Shown: positions 61,701 to 64,000 of the stretch, in pieces | Layout: every line of letters starts with the position of its first letter | Numbering within the stretch: the first letter of the stretch is position 1 | Assembly: GCF_003704095.1 (NCBI RefSeq) | Contig: NW_020846005.1 | Coordinates: 310,001-374,000 of the forward strand | Source: Pocillopora damicornis | Lineage: Eukaryota | Direction: 5' to 3' | DNA length: 64,000 nt | Notes under the pieces: generated by a model | Databases searched by the model: none | Told to the model about the DNA's origin: nothing | Seen by the model: the letters and a program-made list of their open reading frames with translations, nothing else | Made by a program: the position numbers and the translations under genes

Positions 61701-64000
61701 TATAAATATAGCCGCATGTATGAAAGGAATATTTGAACAACAAAACATTTAATGCACGTACGTGAGTTTGTTTGTCACTCACTAAAGTCATTCATTTTTA
61801 TGCTAACAGAATTAAAAAAACACATTTACTTCAACTGCGGTTTGCAGGTTAAGGGTGAAAACCGTTTCTGTCAACATAGAAATATTGCACAAAGTAGCTT
61901 TGCATAACATGAAATATCCCAATATCCCTTGACATAAATATTCCAAAGTACAGCAAAAAAGTATCTGGTGAATTATAGTGCTTCGTTACATAACCAGTAG
62001 ATTAGTGCATTTTGGGTTTAATCTAATCAATATTTGTCATCAACAAGATGGGATAAACTGTAAGTCAGATAACTGAACGAATTGGTCGAGAGCACAAAAT
62101 TAGAGAGAGGTGATTTTGCTTAGATCTCTTATTGCCGCCGTAGAAATGCTACCTGTCGTTAATGTAAGTCGATCCGTGTCTGCCCTTTGAAACCGTACGG
62201 AATGGGGCCTGATAAAATGGGAGGGATAGGGACAGCCTGGGGGAATTGGATAAGTACCACAATAACTCCCGAAAGAACACCTTAATTAGGCAAGCATTCA
62301 ATGTTGAGATATTTTTAACTTTAAATTAAGAGTAATTGGAAATAACATTAATTTTTGTGAATAGAATAGATAAACACAATACAGCAAATGACTGATTAAG
62401 AGAGCAATAAGTTGAAAATATTCAAGAAAAAAATAAATTTTGAAAATTCATAATATTTAGGGCCCTTGTCTCCCGATTTTCTATACTTTCTTTAGGTTGG
62501 GGCCGTTTTGTAGGTAGAAGGGGATTTGCTTACTCTATTTTCTAATTGGCTGTTTTAATTTTTTCTCGATAATTTTTCATTAGAAATTGTTTCGGCATGT
62601 AAAGAATAAATATTAGCTAAATCTACAGTAAAGTATCCAACTTATTTATCGTCCATAGAACAAAGACAGCAAACGCAAATGTTGTTATTGATGTTTGATC
62701 ACCACGCCTTCTCTTCTCGAGATATGCATTCTGAACTTTTTTTGTCTACCTCTGACGCTCTTCATGTCAAATTCTACCACGTGAAAACTTGTCTTAACCA
62801 CCCACTGAAACTGATTGCCAAAAAGAAAGAAAAAAAAAAGAGAACACACTTGACTTTGACATGTTCGTACGTAAGCTTGAATTCAGTGTGGGTCATATTA
62901 GATAATATAGCAGGGGGAACTGATGTCAAACTTAAGCACTACAGGTTATCTTGTAAAAATCATAGATTCCAAGCTTTAAAACTGACCCTTTGATGAAATA
63001 ATTCATGATAATAAGTCCAGAAAGAAGGAGCGAGGATGATTTCAAATAAAGAACAACAAAAGATATTAAACACGGCCAACGAAACCCGCACTTTTCAGAC
63101 CAAGTTTTTGTCGTAATACTAAGATCGAAGCTGTGATCATGATCTTTATTTTCATAGTGTCTACGATGTCTCATCAACTTAGGCAATGGAATATTTTTAT
63201 TTTACTTAACTTCAAGGGAATTATAATTCTTAGTTTCAAATTACATAGTTATTATATCAAAGAAGCTCATAAGCAACTTTTACTTGATACAGCTAGAGGA
63301 TCGGTTTATCCTTCCGAAAAGGTATTTTAAAATCAACGAATGTGAATATGATTCGCAGACTCCATCGTTGAGTCCACGATTGCAGGTCCGTTATGCGTGA
63401 AGGATATAGTCGGACGACGCGTCTGTTTTGTGTGACTCTAATTGTCTGCTAATTCACTCTAAAGTAATATCAATAATTATAATGAAATGGTGCATTATTT
63501 ATGCCAAATTAATAAGACAAAAAAATGAAATAGGTTAAAAAAGAGAGGGAAATTACACGCAAGAATTTTCATGTATCAAAGGAGAACACAAAGTCTCTGC
63601 TAAGCCAGATGTAATTAGTTCATTCAGATATCCAGCCACACACTCTTTCGTGTTTTTAGTTTTTTCAAATCACTATTACCATAAAAAAATAGATTTAAAA
63701 GTAATCTTTCACTTACACCTTATTAACTTATGTAAAATTATGAATCATGCTGCGAATTTTTGGCATTCAATAAAATAGTAAACTACGGTTAATACTGAAA
63801 CAAATGACAACTTCGACTAACATGCAGTTGAATCAAACGGGTGAAGTTGCCACAATCATCGATTGCATCCAAAATCTAGACTTAAATGATTTTTCTCTGA
63901 ACCCATCTAGGTCTTTGGTAGCAGCATATGAATTGCGAAAATTTTCTAAACCTGCTTTAATGATAGCCTGCGAAAATGTGAAAAGAGTGTTTCCCTTTGC

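Noticed and set aside
1-64000. Scattered single TGATTTAT/TGATTTAC sites, and a Hox-cluster microRNA (miR-10/miR-100-like)
   Set aside because: Isolated octamers occur at roughly the rate expected in AT-rich DNA. No ACCCGTAGA/ACCCTGTAGA seed hairpin was seen by eye.

Overview
AT-rich animal genomic DNA, almost certainly from an anthozoan cnidarian (coral-like). The window holds an intact Hox cluster of four two-exon homeobox genes, all on the + strand: Anthox1a/HoxE (624-1596), a single Anthox7/8 (HoxC/D-type; 15536-17045), Evx (42017-44026) and Anthox6/HoxA (55493-58774). Each has a phase-1 GT-AG intron just upstream of the homeobox. Between Anthox1a and Anthox7/8 lies a divergently arranged tRNA-Glu(TTC) array: 3 intact genes and 2 relics. 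A second, fully decayed tRNA-Glu pair sits between Anthox7/8 and Evx, so tDNA islands bracket the middle Hox gene; they are candidate Pol III/TFIIIC boundary elements in a lineage lacking CTCF. Other items: a possible heavily decayed minus-strand homeobox relic (~8940-9112), a candidate RFX-box small spliced gene (~21.0-22.2 kb), and an E-box/D-box-dense island (33.2-33.7 kb). There are also candidate Pbx-Hox/Meis, CRE and Smad motif clusters, two copies of a foldback repeat with a degenerate hammerhead-like core, local tandem duplications, and a 100-N assembly gap. Orthology calls rest on recalled homeodomain sequences, not on a search. Most short ORFs in the supplied track look non-coding.
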